64,000 nt of DNA from contig CBDCYM010000011.1 in the NCBI GenBank assembly GCA_965224165.1, positions 3,622,464 through 3,686,463 on the forward strand. The letters are read 5' to 3'. Source of the stretch: Methyloligellaceae bacterium (GTDB lineage: Bacteria; Pseudomonadota; Alphaproteobacteria; Rhizobiales; CBDCYM01). Both the position numbers and the translations under genes were made by a program. Under the pieces are notes generated by a model. That model was not told the DNA's origin. It saw nothing but the letters and a program-made list of their open reading frames with translations, and did not search any database. Shown in pieces: positions 8,751-20,291 of this stretch; within the stretch, counting starts at the first letter, position 1; every line of letters begins with the position of its first letter.

Positions 8751-9854
8751 TTATGCTGCGGCAGATTGCGGATTTTTTTCTTCTTTTTTTGGATTAGCTG
8801 TTTCGTCGAGATCAAACCAAAATGTTGTTCCCTCGCCGGGTTTCGACTTGAGCTGGATAGTGCCGCCATGAGCTTCCATAATTGCTTTAGCAATACTCAA
8901 CCCAAGCCCTGTCCCTTCTTTGGTACGAGCACCCGATGTTTCGGCCTGTTGAAACTTTTCGAATATTTTTTCCTGCATCTCAGTGGGAATACCAGGTCCC
9001 TTATCGGAAACGGAAACACGAATATGTTGTTTTACGCGTCGAACGCTTACAACGACCTCTTCACCAGGGGGTGAGAATTTTGCGGCATTGGATATGAGGT
9101 TTGTCAGAACTTGATCTATTCGCCCAGCATCGATCTTTACGAAAGCTTCGCCGACGTCCTGTTTGAAATCAAATTTAACGCCATATTTGTCGCCATAGGT
9201 CTTATTTGCAATTAGTGTTTCCCGAGTGAGAGCAACTATGTCTTTTGTGGCAAAGGTAAACTTCAGTTTGCCCGACTCAATTTTATTCACATCCAGGAAA
9301 TCAGTAACCAATGCTGAGAGGCGATCCGCATTCCTGAAAGCCACGCTAATTGCTGCTTTAACGCGTGCAGGAAGTTCGCCTAACTTACCTTGAGTAAGCA
9401 GTTGAAGTAGTCCTATCAATGATGTGAGTGGTGTCCTCAGTTCATGGACCAAACCTGAAACAAATTCCATCGACGAGCGTCTTGCCTGTTGCATCCATTC
9501 AGCAGGCGAGCCCTGGTATATACCTTTCCAACCCATGGTCTGAATACGATCGAACAGGGATTGCGATTTCTTTTCTTGCTTAAGTCTTTCGAGCTCTCTT
9601 CTCTCCGCTTCATCAATAAAGCGGACCCCCGCCATTTTCTTATTACGCCATTCAATTTTCCCAAGAAGAGGGTTTTTGAAGCCCTCAGGCATAACGTGAA
9701 TGATTTCTGGGAGGTCACCGATTTCGGTTGAGACGAGCCTGCAGCCACTACGACTCACGTCACGAATAACACACTTTACGTCAAAGTTAGCCTTATAGCC
9801 GCATGCTGACGCGGGAATAAGCGTGCTCTTTCTCTTTTCTTTCCGCCTATCCAT
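8751..9854 (-). CDS. PilZ-domain-containing histidine kinase (HisKA + HATPase_c), cytoplasmic
   Basis: The N-terminus has both PilZ motifs: RKEKR (RxxxR) and DVSRSG (D/NxSxxG). H-box HELRTPLTSLIG. G-boxes DKGPGIP and GTGLGLSIAK. No TM segment is apparent. Confidence 0.8.
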   Translation of the reverse strand: MDRRKEKRKSTLIPASACGYKANFDVKCVIRDVSRSGCRLVSTEIGDLPEIIHVMPEGFKNPLLGKIEWRNKKMAGVRFIDEAERRELERLKQEKKSQSLFDRIQTMGWKGIYQGSPAEWMQQARRSSMEFVSGLVHELRTPLTSLIGLLQLLTQGKLGELPARVKAAISVAFRNADRLSALVTDFLDVNKIESGKLKFTFATKDIVALTRETLIANKTYGDKYGVKFDFKQDVGEAFVKIDAGRIDQVLTNLISNAAKFSPPGEEVVVSVRRVKQHIRVSVSDKGPGIPTEMQEKIFEKFQQAETSGARTKEGTGLGLSIAKAIMEAHGGTIQLKSKPGEGTTFWFDLDETANPKKEEKNPQSAAA

Positions 9855-9988
9855 AGCTGTTTCGCCGAATGCTGGAATTCAGGATTAACAAGTATATGGG
9901 ATAGGTTTGAACATTGTTTTAACGCTGTGAAGTTGTCCGTTAAGGTTTTGTTATTTTGACAACATCCGTCAGGCCTAAACTTGCCTCT

Positions 9989-10747
9989 TCACTCCGAGCC
10001 CGGCCTTTGCGGCATCAAATCTCCCTGAAAGACAACCGGCCCCATCGTAAGTCCTGATTGCGCTCCACTCAGCGGTTCGACACTAACCGCAAGTTTTAAA
10101 CCCTTTTTGAGATCATCCGTGGAAATCATACCGGATATGTCGAATGACTTATGAGATCCTGGTTTGATGATCCCAAGTGTTGACGGTACGCTGCCATCGC
10201 TCTTAATAAGCCATAATTCATGACATTTTTCCGGAGGAGCGGAGACCCCCAACTGACGGATCATCATTTTTTGTTTAGTCGGCGCCACAGTAACAATGAA
10301 ACCATAGCGTCCGCTATCATTGCCAAGCATTGCGACATATTGGTTATCCTGAAAAGAAGCATGCCAAGGAAGGTCCACACCGCTTATAACCGCAAGGACG
10401 AGCATAAGGGCAGCGAAACCCGTAGCCAAAGTTGCAAAACGCCAGGTAGCCAACTTTTGACGAAGTTGAACAATTTGAGAGTGATCAGATGTACGGACCG
10501 TTACGTGGGATGCCCTTTCACCGTCAACAGAGTCCAATGTGCTTTCAATCTTGCTCCACAACGTTTCAGGCGGAAGATAAGAAGGTATAGCCTCGGTGAG
10601 AGGAAATAACCAACGATTCCAATCTGCCACGGACTGCGCAAAACGATGGTCTTTAGCCATAAGCTCTTCGGCCTCTTTGCGTTCGGCATGATCCAAGGTT
10701 CCGAGTACAAACTCGCCAGCAAGCCTTTCTGGTCTATCATTCACCAT
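9989..10747 (-). CDS. Anti-sigma factor (RskA-like, single TM)
   Basis: Overlaps the 3' end of the ECF sigma gene by 11 nt. N-terminal anti-sigma helix region, one TM (FATLATGFAALMLVLAVI) and a periplasmic C-terminal domain. Confidence 0.7.
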   Translation of the reverse strand: MVNDRPERLAGEFVLGTLDHAERKEAEELMAKDHRFAQSVADWNRWLFPLTEAIPSYLPPETLWSKIESTLDSVDGERASHVTVRTSDHSQIVQLRQKLATWRFATLATGFAALMLVLAVISGVDLPWHASFQDNQYVAMLGNDSGRYGFIVTVAPTKQKMMIRQLGVSAPPEKCHELWLIKSDGSVPSTLGIIKPGSHKSFDISGMISTDDLKKGLKLAVSVEPLSGAQSGLTMGPVVFQGDLMPQRPGSE

Positions 10748-11285
10748 AGGACATGCATTCCCTTATACGTGCCAAAGCGCGGCGAATCCTACTCTTCACC
10801 GTCCCAGTTGGAATCGAAAACTGATGTGCAATTTCTTCATGCGTGAACCCATGATAATAAGCGAGCAAGAGGCATTTGCGATGATCTGGATCAAGCTCTT
10901 CCATGCAACTCAACAAAGCGTGAAGAGCTTCACTTTGTACTGCCATATCAAAAGGGTCGGGTGTTTCATCGGCAAAAGCCATCGCATCTTCTTTTGTCGA
11001 AAGTACTCTTTCCACACGTTTCCTTAAGACATCAATGGAACGATTGCGGACAATAGTCCCCATCCAGGTCATTGGCTCGCCGGATTTGGCCAAATATTCC
11101 GGTGCACGAAGCCAAATTTTTAAATAAACGTCTTGCAATACCTCTTCTGCTAAATCACTTCTCTTTAATATACGAAAAGCTATGGCAAAAAGTTTCGCAC
11201 TTGTTGCGTCATAGAGCGCTTTAAAAGCAGCCCTATCCTTCTTTGCTACTGCGGCCAAGAGAATTTCGAGTCGGTGCTCGACCAT
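10737..11285 (-). CDS. ECF-type RNA polymerase sigma-70 family factor
   Basis: Region 2 (AEEVLQDVYLKIW) and region 4 HTH (YYHGFTHEEIAHQFSIPTGTVKSRIRRA). Confidence 0.9.
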   Translation of the reverse strand: MVEHRLEILLAAVAKKDRAAFKALYDATSAKLFAIAFRILKRSDLAEEVLQDVYLKIWLRAPEYLAKSGEPMTWMGTIVRNRSIDVLRKRVERVLSTKEDAMAFADETPDPFDMAVQSEALHALLSCMEELDPDHRKCLLLAYYHGFTHEEIAHQFSIPTGTVKSRIRRALARIRECMSYGE

Positions 11286-11613
11286 GAGAATCCAAGTAAA
11301 ATCAAAGAGATGTTATAAGACTTCACAATCACCTGAATTAGCATTGTGACAAAGTTGTACTGAGCACGCATAAATGAAAGCATTATGTCATAACTTAGAA
11401 AAGGTTTTACGCTAAAATGAAGAGAATATTTGTGCCAATGCACCAAAATGCATCAAACTGTTAATTATGGTTAGGAACTTGCAATGACGTCCCATAGCGA
11501 AATTGGCATAAGAGATTTGGTTGGCAAAGACTTTTAATATTAGCTCCAGAGTAAAGGTTATTGCAATTTCCGGCAGGTTGATAAATTTGTGTGGTGTAGT
11601 AAAGGGGTAAATT

Positions 11614-13806
11614 GTGTCGACCCATACTGAACGTGTTGTAAGTCCCCAGAAAACACTTGTCGATAACCCTTCCAGGTTTTTCAATCGTGAACTTTCGTGG
11701 CTGGAGTTCAATAAACGCGTTCTCAATGAAGCCAATAATCTGAACCACCCTACCCTGGAACGGTTGCGCTTTCTTTCTATTTCAGCATCTAATTTAGATG
11801 AATTTTACATGGTTCGTGTAGCGGGACTGCGCGGACAAGTATTGGCAGGGGTTGAACTCTTAAGCCAGGACGGGCTCAACCCCTCACAACAACTAGAAGA
11901 AATTAACGAATTTGTTGCTGTTTTATCCAGAAAACAGCAAGAGCAATGGGTCACCCTAAAAGAAGAAATGGCCCGTGATGGTATCCACATTGTCAATCCT
12001 AACAAATTGCGCGCCCACGAGCGTGAATGGCTTGAAGATCATTTTTTAAAGCATATTTTTCCGGTCCTAACGCCAATCGCCGTTGATCCAGCGCATCCTT
12101 TCCCGTTCATACCTAACCTTGGCTTTACCCTCGGCCTAGAGCTTTGCCGGGAAGAAGATGGTCAGACCATGAACGCGCTGATGCCACTTCCCTCGCAAAT
12201 TGATCGCTTTATCCGCTTACCAGATCGATTGAGCAAGACAACTAAAAATAAAAAAGACAAGGCGGATTCTCGATTCATCCGTGTTGAATCCATCGTCAGC
12301 CTTTTCATATCGAGGCTCTTTCCTGGCTATAAGGTTCAGGGACAGGGGGCTTTCCGCCTGCTGCGCGACAGTGACATAGAGGTTCAGGAGGAGGCGGAGG
12401 ATCTCGTCCGTTTGTTTGAATCAGCCCTTAAACGCAGGCGCCGCGGCTCTGTCATTCGCTTGGAAATAGAAGCTTCTATGCCAGTGCGTCTACAACGTTT
12501 TGTAATTCAGGAACTTGAAGTTGCTGATAATGAAGTCTTTGTTCAAAAAGGTCTGCTCGGCCTTACCGACATATCTCAGCTTATCGGAGACCAGGCAAGT
12601 CTCACATTCCGCCCTTACATTGCCCGTTTTCCAGAGCGCATCCGCGACCATGATGGAGATTGCTTTGCTGCAATAGGCGAAAAAGATATAGTCGTGCACC
12701 ATCCATATGAATCGTTTGACGTGGTCCTGCAATTTCTAAAACAGGCTGCCGCCGATCCGGATGTCATGGCAATCAAATGGACCCTTTACAGAACAAGTAC
12801 AGACTCTCCTATTATTCGCGCCCTTAAAGAGGCAGCAGAAGCAGGTAAATCCGTAACAGCCGTTATAGAGCTAAAAGCGCGATTTGATGAAGCGGCCAAT
12901 ATAAGATGGGCACGGGACTTAGAGAGCGCAGGCGTTCACGTTGTTTATGGATTTTTAGAGCTCAAAACTCACGCCAAGCTTAGTCAAATCGTTCGCCGGG
13001 AGGGGGGGAAACTCACAACCTATTGCCATATTGGAACGGGTAATTATCACCCAATAACAGCCAGATTTTACACTGACTTATCATTTTTCACTGCAGATCC
13101 AACAATTGGACGCGATGTGACTCGTATTTTTAATTTTGTGACCGGATATGCAGAACCTGCAGAACTTGAGGCGATGGTTGTGTCGCCATATGGGCTTAGG
13201 GATCGCATTATCGAACATATTCGCGAAGAAATGTATCACGTCAAAGCGGGCCGACCTGCTGCAATTTGGATGAAAATGAATTCACTTGTTGATCCTGAAG
13301 TTATTGACACACTTTATGAGGCGAGTCAGGCAGGTGTTCCGATTGATCTGATTGTCCGGGGAATTTGTTGTCTAAGGCCTGGAATTCCTGGACTTTCGGA
13401 GAATATCCGTGTCAAAAGCATTATCGGTAGGTTCCTTGAACATTCACGGATATATTGTTTTGGTGCAGGTTATGGGCTTCCCTCAGCAGAAGCAGCCGTT
13501 TATATCGCATCTGCTGATATAATGCCCAGGAACCTTGACCGTAGGGTCGAAGCTATGATGCCCATTCAGAACCCAACAGTGCACGAACAGATTCTTGACC
13601 AGATTATGGTGGCAAATTTAAAGGATAATCAACAAAGCTGGCGGGTTTTAACTGATGGAACCTCAGAACGGATTGTTCCTGGAGAAAAAGAAGACTTTTT
13701 TAATGCACATGAATACTTTATGACAAATCCGAGTTTATCGGGACGAGGCGAGTCTTTGAAGGAAAATTTTCCGCCACGTTTTACCGCAAGAGGTTTAGAA
13801 AGCTAG
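11614..13806 (+). CDS. ppk: Polyphosphate kinase 1
   Basis: 730 aa with a GTG start. [17 protein letters not shown]-terminus, and conserved PPK1 blocks throughout (HAKL...GTGNYH). Confidence 0.95.
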   Translation: MSTHTERVVSPQKTLVDNPSRFFNRELSWLEFNKRVLNEANNLNHPTLERLRFLSISASNLDEFYMVRVAGLRGQVLAGVELLSQDGLNPSQQLEEINEFVAVLSRKQQEQWVTLKEEMARDGIHIVNPNKLRAHEREWLEDHFLKHIFPVLTPIAVDPAHPFPFIPNLGFTLGLELCREEDGQTMNALMPLPSQIDRFIRLPDRLSKTTKNKKDKADSRFIRVESIVSLFISRLFPGYKVQGQGAFRLLRDSDIEVQEEAEDLVRLFESALKRRRRGSVIRLEIEASMPVRLQRFVIQELEVADNEVFVQKGLLGLTDISQLIGDQASLTFRPYIARFPERIRDHDGDCFAAIGEKDIVVHHPYESFDVVLQFLKQAAADPDVMAIKWTLYRTSTDSPIIRALKEAAEAGKSVTAVIELKARFDEAANIRWARDLESAGVHVVYGFLELKTHAKLSQIVRREGGKLTTYCHIGTGNYHPITARFYTDLSFFTADPTIGRDVTRIFNFVTGYAEPAELEAMVVSPYGLRDRIIEHIREEMYHVKAGRPAAIWMKMNSLVDPEVIDTLYEASQAGVPIDLIVRGICCLRPGIPGLSENIRVKSIIGRFLEHSRIYCFGAGYGLPSAEAAVYIASADIMPRNLDRRVEAMMPIQNPTVHEQILDQIMVANLKDNQQSWRVLTDGTSERIVPGEKEDFFNAHEYFMTNPSLSGRGESLKENFPPRFTARGLES

Positions 13807-13817
13807 AGCTAGAGGCA

Positions 13818-15377
13818 TTGTTCAAATTTCAGAAAGCCGCTAAGCACAGGCTACAGGGGGTGGAGCCAGTGGCGGTTGTTGATATTGGCTCCAACTCCAT
13901 CCGTCTTCTTGTTTATGAAGGCCTTGTGCGTAGCGCAGTCCCCCTCTTTAATGAAAAAGTGCTTTGCGGGCTTGGACGCTCTATTGCATCAACGGGTCAG
14001 CTCGGCAAACAAAGTATGGAACGAGCACTTAAGGCTCTTAGACGTTTTCACGGACTATCCACACAACTTGGTGCCGGCAGGCTTCATGTTATTGCCACTG
14101 CGGCAGCTCGCGAAGCCCAGAATGGAAAACAATTCATTGCTGAGGCTCAAGAAATTTGTGAAACAGATATTCGCATTCTCACCGGCAAGGAAGAAGCTGA
14201 AATGGCTGCCGCAGGTGTAATTGCTGGGTCTTATAAAACAGATGGCTTAGCAGGAGATCTTGGCGGCGGCAGTTTGGAACTTATTGATATTAAACACCAA
14301 AAGCATATAGGCGGTGCCACACTCCCCCTTGGCAGCCTCCGTTTGATCGACGTTTCAGGGGGAAACTTAAAACGTGCATCAGAATTTATTGATGATGAGC
14401 TTGCCAAAATCAAATGGTTGGAAACAGGCCGAAACAGACCGTTTTATGCCATCGGTGGAACATGGCGGGCATTTGCTAAGCTTCATATGGCACAGACGCA
14501 TTATCCGTTACGTGTTGTACATGGCTATAGAATTAATACTGATGAGGCGCTTAAATTTGCACATTTGGTCGACCACCTTTCATCCTCATCTCTTGAAGGC
14601 ATTGATACAATTTCACGGGCACGGCGAGAGACTGTGCCTTATGGTGCACTGGTTCTCGAGCGGCTTTTCAAACGAATACATCCTTCGGAGTTGATTGTTT
14701 CTTCTTTTGGTGTTCGGGAAGGGTTACTTTATTCTCTTCTTCCAAAGGCCGAAATGAAAAGAGATCCACTTCTTGCGGTTTGCGAAGACTTAGCGGGTAT
14801 GCGCTCCCGTTCTTTAGAAAATTCTTATGAACTTTGCGCCTGGACTGACGCTTTATTTAAAAAATCCGGCCCTAAAGAAACACAGGAAGAAAAACGACTG
14901 CGTCATGCCGCATGTCTTTTGGCTGATATTGGCTGGCGCGGAGATGAAGAATATCGAGCTAAACATAGCCTAGACCTCATTGCTCACGGTGTTTTTTCAG
15001 GGATCGACCATCCTGGCCGAGCTTTTTTGGCTATGGCGATCTATTTTCGCCACGAGGGTCTTGTTAAAGATCTGGAAAAGGACGAATTAAGTGCGAAAAT
15101 TGTGCGTCTTATTGATAAGCATATGCTAAAGCGGGCACGTATTATTGGAGCAGCAATTCGCGTTGCTCATATGATTTCTGCAGGTATGCCAGGAATTATT
15201 GAACATACCCCTATAAGGTATAAGGGCAAAAAGCTGGTTCTTCACCTGGCACCGCCGTATAATATTCTGCAAGGTGAACGATTAACACGCCGGCTCAAGG
15301 CACTTGCTGGTCAGTTGGAATGTGAGCATGAAATTTGTACACATAAGAAATCAGCTGGCGAGTTGATTGGGGTTTAA
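13818..15377 (+). CDS. ppx: Exopolyphosphatase (Ppx/GppA family)
   Basis: VAVVDIGSNSIRLLVYE ASKHA-fold N-terminus, immediately downstream of ppk. The listed start is TTG, so the exact start is uncertain. Confidence 0.9.
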   Translation: MFKFQKAAKHRLQGVEPVAVVDIGSNSIRLLVYEGLVRSAVPLFNEKVLCGLGRSIASTGQLGKQSMERALKALRRFHGLSTQLGAGRLHVIATAAAREAQNGKQFIAEAQEICETDIRILTGKEEAEMAAAGVIAGSYKTDGLAGDLGGGSLELIDIKHQKHIGGATLPLGSLRLIDVSGGNLKRASEFIDDELAKIKWLETGRNRPFYAIGGTWRAFAKLHMAQTHYPLRVVHGYRINTDEALKFAHLVDHLSSSSLEGIDTISRARRETVPYGALVLERLFKRIHPSELIVSSFGVREGLLYSLLPKAEMKRDPLLAVCEDLAGMRSRSLENSYELCAWTDALFKKSGPKETQEEKRLRHAACLLADIGWRGDEEYRAKHSLDLIAHGVFSGIDHPGRAFLAMAIYFRHEGLVKDLEKDELSAKIVRLIDKHMLKRARIIGAAIRVAHMISAGMPGIIEHTPIRYKGKKLVLHLAPPYNILQGERLTRRLKALAGQLECEHEICTHKKSAGELIGV

Positions 15378-15645
15378 AATGCCAGGAATGGTGCGTGTTC
15401 ATCTCAGGGGCATCAAAAAGCGTTGTTAATTATCGCAATTTATGCGGTTTAAAACACTAAAATTGGCTAATTTAGCTCTTATAGAAAACTGCAGGCTGAT
15501 ATTAGCTAATATTTTAGGGCGTGGTGGCTATTCTGTCCTCATGACGACTTAGAAAGTATTTCTAGGTCGGATTTATTGGTTTTGTTTTGGCCCAGGAGTC
15601 AAACTAATTCCATGATGACTTATTTTGTTTAAGTGAACAAAAGCA

Positions 15646-16548
15646 ATGGCGGAAGATCCTTATTCAACACTTGGCATCTCGCGTAGTGCATCGGATGAAG
15701 AGATTCGTAGCGCCTACCGCAAACTTGCAAAGGAGCTTCATCCAGATCTCAACCCGGGCGATTCTCGCGCTGAGGAACAATTTAAGAAAATATCTGCCGC
15801 CTTTCGTATTCTTGGCGATCCTGAAACACGGGCGCGTTTTGACCGTGGAGAAATAGATGCAGCGGGTCAAGAACGCCCAGAACATCATTTCTATAAAGAA
15901 TATGCAGGAACAAATGGTCGTTTCCGGGGTAGTGAATTTGACGATTTATCCAATTTCAGCGATCTTTTTGGAGACCTTTTTGGACGCGGTGGTGGGAGAG
16001 ATAGCGATTTTGGCCTGCGTGGCCGCGACTTACGCTATCGTCTTGATGTCGAGTTTTTGGAAGCGGCTGTCGGTGCGAAAAAACGTATTATTCTTCCAGA
16101 AGGCGGCACACTAGACCTTAATGTCCCGACAGGAGTGGCCGATGGTCAGGTTCTTAGGCTCAAAGGTAAGGGCGAAAAAAGCCTGAACGGTAGCGCGTCA
16201 GGCGACGCACTTATTGAAATTACAGTTCTTTCCCATGCCTATTTTGATCGTGATGATGATGATATTCTTATCGATCTCCCCGTTACAATAGGCGAAGCTA
16301 TTCTCGGTAGTAAGGTTGAGGTACCGACAATAACGGGTCGGGTATCCGTTACAATCCCAGCAGGGTCCAGCAGCGGACAAATTCTCAGACTAAAAGGCAA
16401 GGGAATTAAGAACTCCCAGACAGGCCATGTGGGAGATCAACGTGTACGGCTGAAAATCGTTATGCCCGAGGAGATTGATGAAGATCTCAAGGACTTTGTG
16501 GAGAAATGGCAAGCCGATAACGCCTACAATCCACGCCGCCACTTTTGA
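15646..16548 (+). CDS. DnaJ-family co-chaperone lacking zinc finger (CbpA-like)
   Basis: J domain DPYSTLGISRSASDEEIRSAYRKLAKELHPDLNPGD, a G/F-rich linker, and a DnaJ C-terminal substrate-binding domain. Confidence 0.85.
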   Translation: MAEDPYSTLGISRSASDEEIRSAYRKLAKELHPDLNPGDSRAEEQFKKISAAFRILGDPETRARFDRGEIDAAGQERPEHHFYKEYAGTNGRFRGSEFDDLSNFSDLFGDLFGRGGGRDSDFGLRGRDLRYRLDVEFLEAAVGAKKRIILPEGGTLDLNVPTGVADGQVLRLKGKGEKSLNGSASGDALIEITVLSHAYFDRDDDDILIDLPVTIGEAILGSKVEVPTITGRVSVTIPAGSSSGQILRLKGKGIKNSQTGHVGDQRVRLKIVMPEEIDEDLKDFVEKWQADNAYNPRRHF

Positions 16549-16563
16549 TCTTTTACTCTCTTT

Positions 16564-17751
16564 TCAGGCCACTGCCTGTGACTCTGATTTAGCTGGCGGA
16601 TCAGAAGATCTAATAATGACAATCTTTCCCTCCTGAACCGCTAACGAAACTGTTCCATGTTTGAGCGCCAATGCATCTTCGCCGAAAAGTTCGCGCCGCC
16701 AACCTTTCAACGCTGGCACATCAGCATGATCATTGACGGCGATTTTTTCCAGATCGTCAGAGGTTGCAATCAATTTAGAAGCAACACCATGCCGGGCAGA
16801 CGCACTCTTTAACAAGACGCGCAATAGATCAATCACTGGCCCAGCCTCAACAGGCAAGGGCTTACCTTTTTCCAAAGGAGGAATTGTATCCTGATCGCGT
16901 GCCAGCCCTTGCTTAACCGCAGTGAGGACATCTCGTCCACGATTTGATCGAGCAAAGCCTTCATGGACCGTACGAAGCGCTGACAACTCTTTTACCGATT
17001 GGGGCATCTGATTTGCGATGTCATAAATCGCATCATCCTTCATTATACGATTGCGAGGAACATCTTGTGATTGAGCCACCCTTTCACGCCAAGCTGCAAG
17101 ATCCATCATGACGGCTAAGGAGCGGCGTGTTTTGACGCGCATCTTAAGACGTCTCCAAGCATCTTTGGGATTCAGCTCATAACTTTGAGGATTTGTAAGC
17201 TGCTCCATTTCCTCATCAACCCATGAAGCACGGCCTGACGTCGTAATTTGTTCCTTAAGATAATGATAAATATCTCGAAGATGCGTCACATCGCCAAGCG
17301 CATAGGTAATCTGTTTGTCACTTAACGGACGGCGACTCCAATCCGTAAACCGGGATGACTTATCAACATCTTGCCGCGTGACTTTTTTGACGAGAGCACC
17401 ATAACTTACAGACTCTCCGAATCCGCAAACCATTGCTGCTACCTGAGTATCAAAAATGGGGTGGGGTATTATTCCCGCCATATGGTAGATGATTTCAAGA
17501 TCCTGGCGCCCAGCATGAAATACCTTATGGACGTTTTCATTGGTCATGAGATCAAAGAAAGGCTGCAGGTCGATGCCATCCGCCAATGGATCGATAATCA
17601 CCTCCTCGGACTCATCTGCCATCTGTATGAGGCAAAGTTTCGCCCAGAAAGTACTCTCTCGCATGAACTCCGTATCAACGGTAAGAAATTCAGAGGTTGC
17701 CAAACGCGCACAAGCTGCGGTCAGGTCCTCGGTTTTTGTAATCAACTGCAT
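16564..17751 (-). CDS. rnd: Ribonuclease D
   Basis: DEDD 3'-5' exonuclease motifs (LTVDTEF, HAGRQDLE, YALGDVTHL) plus an HRDC-type C-terminus. Confidence 0.9.
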   Translation of the reverse strand: MQLITKTEDLTAACARLATSEFLTVDTEFMRESTFWAKLCLIQMADESEEVIIDPLADGIDLQPFFDLMTNENVHKVFHAGRQDLEIIYHMAGIIPHPIFDTQVAAMVCGFGESVSYGALVKKVTRQDVDKSSRFTDWSRRPLSDKQITYALGDVTHLRDIYHYLKEQITTSGRASWVDEEMEQLTNPQSYELNPKDAWRRLKMRVKTRRSLAVMMDLAAWRERVAQSQDVPRNRIMKDDAIYDIANQMPQSVKELSALRTVHEGFARSNRGRDVLTAVKQGLARDQDTIPPLEKGKPLPVEAGPVIDLLRVLLKSASARHGVASKLIATSDDLEKIAVNDHADVPALKGWRRELFGEDALALKHGTVSLAVQEGKIVIIRSSDPPAKSESQAVA

Positions 17752-18254
17752 GGGTTTCGGATATAGCGCAGGAATTCACGAATGTCGCGGATAATACGGG
17801 GTTTTTCCAATATCAGATTTTCTTCAGCCTGCGTGCAAGCTTTCAGTGCTATATGATATTACCAAATATTGAAACACCACATTATCTTGATACTTCAACA
17901 CCTTGGGAAACAACCACCTATATATCTTACTTGCCACATAGCCCCTCTTGCCATCATTCGAGAAGAGGTAGACATCTGCAGCACTCACATCAATTCGCCA
18001 AAATCGCAATCATTAGAGCAAAGAAAAATAAAGAGTGATTCGCCGCATATCAGCCTCCTTGATCATAAATATCGATATTGGGTTCATCTGTAACAGAATA
18101 CACTAAGTTCTATCAACTCATTGAAAAACCAAACCTCATTTGGGTAAATCCCTATGAAGAGATTTTATATGCACACTTCATTATATCATATCCGTTACAC
18201 ACTCCGAATGGCTTAAAATAATACTGAATTTATGTCCTAGAGCGAGATGAGGTT

Positions 18255-18300
18255 AGATCACGGACTCATAAATGTGCTTTTCCGCGTGAACGAAACAAGG
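18255..18300. repeat. Solo end of the MITE-like family (agatcacggactcataaatgtg), preceded by a CTAGAGCGAGATGAGGTTAGAT motif
   Basis: 20/22 match to the terminal inverted repeat of the elements at 22249-22513 and 41515-41916. The 22-mer at 18237-18258 is 21/22 identical to 885-906. Confidence 0.6.
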
Positions 18301-18349
18301 TATTTAGCCAAGCTGCACCTTGTTGTAATGGGATAAAGGACCTTGAGAT

Positions 18350-20233
18350 ATGGCTCAAGCGAAAGCGGTTTCAAAAAATAAGGCAGATCAGCCTAAAAAT
18401 AGTGCCAAAACGCATCAGGGTTCTCTTTCGCAAGAAGATGCAAACAATGCGCTCCACGCCTACCGTACACACAATTGCGGTGAACTACGTATAAATAATG
18501 TAGGTGAACACGCACGCGTTTCCGGCTGGGTGCACCGTGTTCGAGATCATGGCGGCTTACTATTCATTGATTTGCGCGATCATTATGGCCTGACACAATG
18601 TGTCATCGAGCCAGAAAACTCGGAATTTGGAATTGCCGAGCAGGTGCGCAGCGAATGGGTGCTCAAAATTGACGGCAAAGTCGTTGCCCGCTCTGATGAT
18701 ACGGTGAATGCAAACCTTCCGACGGGGGACGTTGAAGTGCGTATCGAATCTATCGAGATTCTTTCTGAGGCGCAGGAGTTACCCCTACCGATCTTTGGTG
18801 AGCCTGACTATCCCGAGGAAACGCGTCTCAAATATCGTTTTCTTGATCTGAGGCGCGATGCACTGCATGGCAATATTATGAAGCGCTCCGCCATCATTTC
18901 CTCGATCCGCCGGCGCATGACCGAGGCTGGTTTCTTCGAGTTTCAAACGCCGATTCTCACGGCCTCATCGCCGGAAGGGGCCCGCGATTTTCTGGTCCCT
19001 TCACGACTTCACCCAGGTAAATTCTACGCTTTACCGCAAGCTCCCCAGCAATTCAAACAGCTGATCATGATTGCGGGCTTTGACCGCTATTTTCAAATCG
19101 CGCCTTGTTTCCGTGATGAAGACGCCAGAGCCGACCGCTCACCCGGAGAATTCTACCAGCTTGATATTGAAATGAGCTTTGTCACGCAGGAAGATGTCTT
19201 TAACGCCGTTGAACCGGTTCTTCGTGAACTTTTTGAGGAATTCGCTGGCGGTAAACTTGTTACACAAAATTTCCCACGTATACCCTTTAGTGAAGCCTTA
19301 CAGAAATACGGTACGGACAAACCTGACCTACGTAACCCGATTGAAATGGAAGATGTAACTGAGCATTTTCGCGGATCCGGATTTAAAATTTTTGCAAACC
19401 AAATTGAAAAAGATGACAAGGTCCGCGTTTGGGCACTTCCGGCAAAGACAGGTGGTTCACGAGCTTTTTGCGACCGCATGAATTCCTGGGCACAAGGTGA
19501 GGGTCAGCCAGGTTTAGGTTATATCTTTTTCCGTGACGATGAGGGCGCCGGGCCTATTGCCAAGAATATAGGCGCGGAGCGCACCAAAGCTCTTGCTGAA
19601 CAACTCGACCTTGGTAATGGAGATGCCATCTTTTTCGTTTGTGGCATTCCAAAAAACTTTTCAGATTTTGCAGGGCGCGCCCGAACAAAAGTTGGTGAAG
19701 AGCTGGATCTTATTGATCAAGACCGGTTTGATTTTTGCTGGATTGTTGATTTCCCGATGTTCGAATGGGATGAGGAGGAAAAAAAGGTTGATTTTTCCCA
19801 TAACCCTTTCTCTATGCCGCAAGGTGGTCTTGAGGCGCTTGAGAATAAGGACCCCCTTCAGATCCTAGCTTATCAATATGATATCGTTTGCAACGGCGTT
19901 GAATTGTCCTCTGGTGCCATTCGTAATCACAAACCAGAAATTATGAAAAAGGCTTTTGCCATAGCTGGATACGACGAAAGTGTTTTGGAAGAAAAATTTG
20001 GCGGCATGCTCCGCGCGCTGCAATATGGCGCACCACCTCATGGCGGCATCGCTCCTGGCATCGATCGCATTGTCATGTTGCTTTGCGGAGAGCCAAACAT
20101 ACGCGAGGTAACGATGTTCCCCATGAACCAACAGGCGGAAGACCTGCTTATGGGAGCACCAAGTGAAGTCTCTGCAAAACAAATCCGTGAACTTCACATC
20201 CGCATGAATCCGCCGAAAAGCATAGAAAGTTGA
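18350..20233 (+). CDS. aspS: Aspartate--tRNA ligase
   Basis: Class II aaRS motifs ([27 protein letters not shown]). It carries a ~35-aa Lys/Ala-rich N-terminal extension before the usual [10 protein letters not shown] start region. Confidence 0.95.
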   Translation: MAQAKAVSKNKADQPKNSAKTHQGSLSQEDANNALHAYRTHNCGELRINNVGEHARVSGWVHRVRDHGGLLFIDLRDHYGLTQCVIEPENSEFGIAEQVRSEWVLKIDGKVVARSDDTVNANLPTGDVEVRIESIEILSEAQELPLPIFGEPDYPEETRLKYRFLDLRRDALHGNIMKRSAIISSIRRRMTEAGFFEFQTPILTASSPEGARDFLVPSRLHPGKFYALPQAPQQFKQLIMIAGFDRYFQIAPCFRDEDARADRSPGEFYQLDIEMSFVTQEDVFNAVEPVLRELFEEFAGGKLVTQNFPRIPFSEALQKYGTDKPDLRNPIEMEDVTEHFRGSGFKIFANQIEKDDKVRVWALPAKTGGSRAFCDRMNSWAQGEGQPGLGYIFFRDDEGAGPIAKNIGAERTKALAEQLDLGNGDAIFFVCGIPKNFSDFAGRARTKVGEELDLIDQDRFDFCWIVDFPMFEWDEEEKKVDFSHNPFSMPQGGLEALENKDPLQILAYQYDIVCNGVELSSGAIRNHKPEIMKKAFAIAGYDESVLEEKFGGMLRALQYGAPPHGGIAPGIDRIVMLLCGEPNIREVTMFPMNQQAEDLLMGAPSEVSAKQIRELHIRMNPPKSIES

Positions 20234-20291
20234 TATAATCTCTTGCTGTGCCTAATATGTTATTTGCCTAACATGGACGGATAAAACCCAC

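Noticed and set aside
8736-8779. Inverted repeat aaaaaatccg...cggatttttt between the convergent Hpt and PilZ-kinase genes, considered as a bidirectional terminator.
   Set aside because: The stem is short with a 22-nt loop, and the right arm lies inside the kinase coding region. It is possible but not well enough supported to list as a feature.
10220-10609. Long antisense ORFs inside well-supported genes (e.g. 10220-10609, 17371-17766, 19153-19479, 55431-55988, 63081-63536).
   Set aside because: Each lies opposite a gene with strong family motifs, has no motifs or RBS of its own, and is expected by chance in moderately GC-rich coding DNA.
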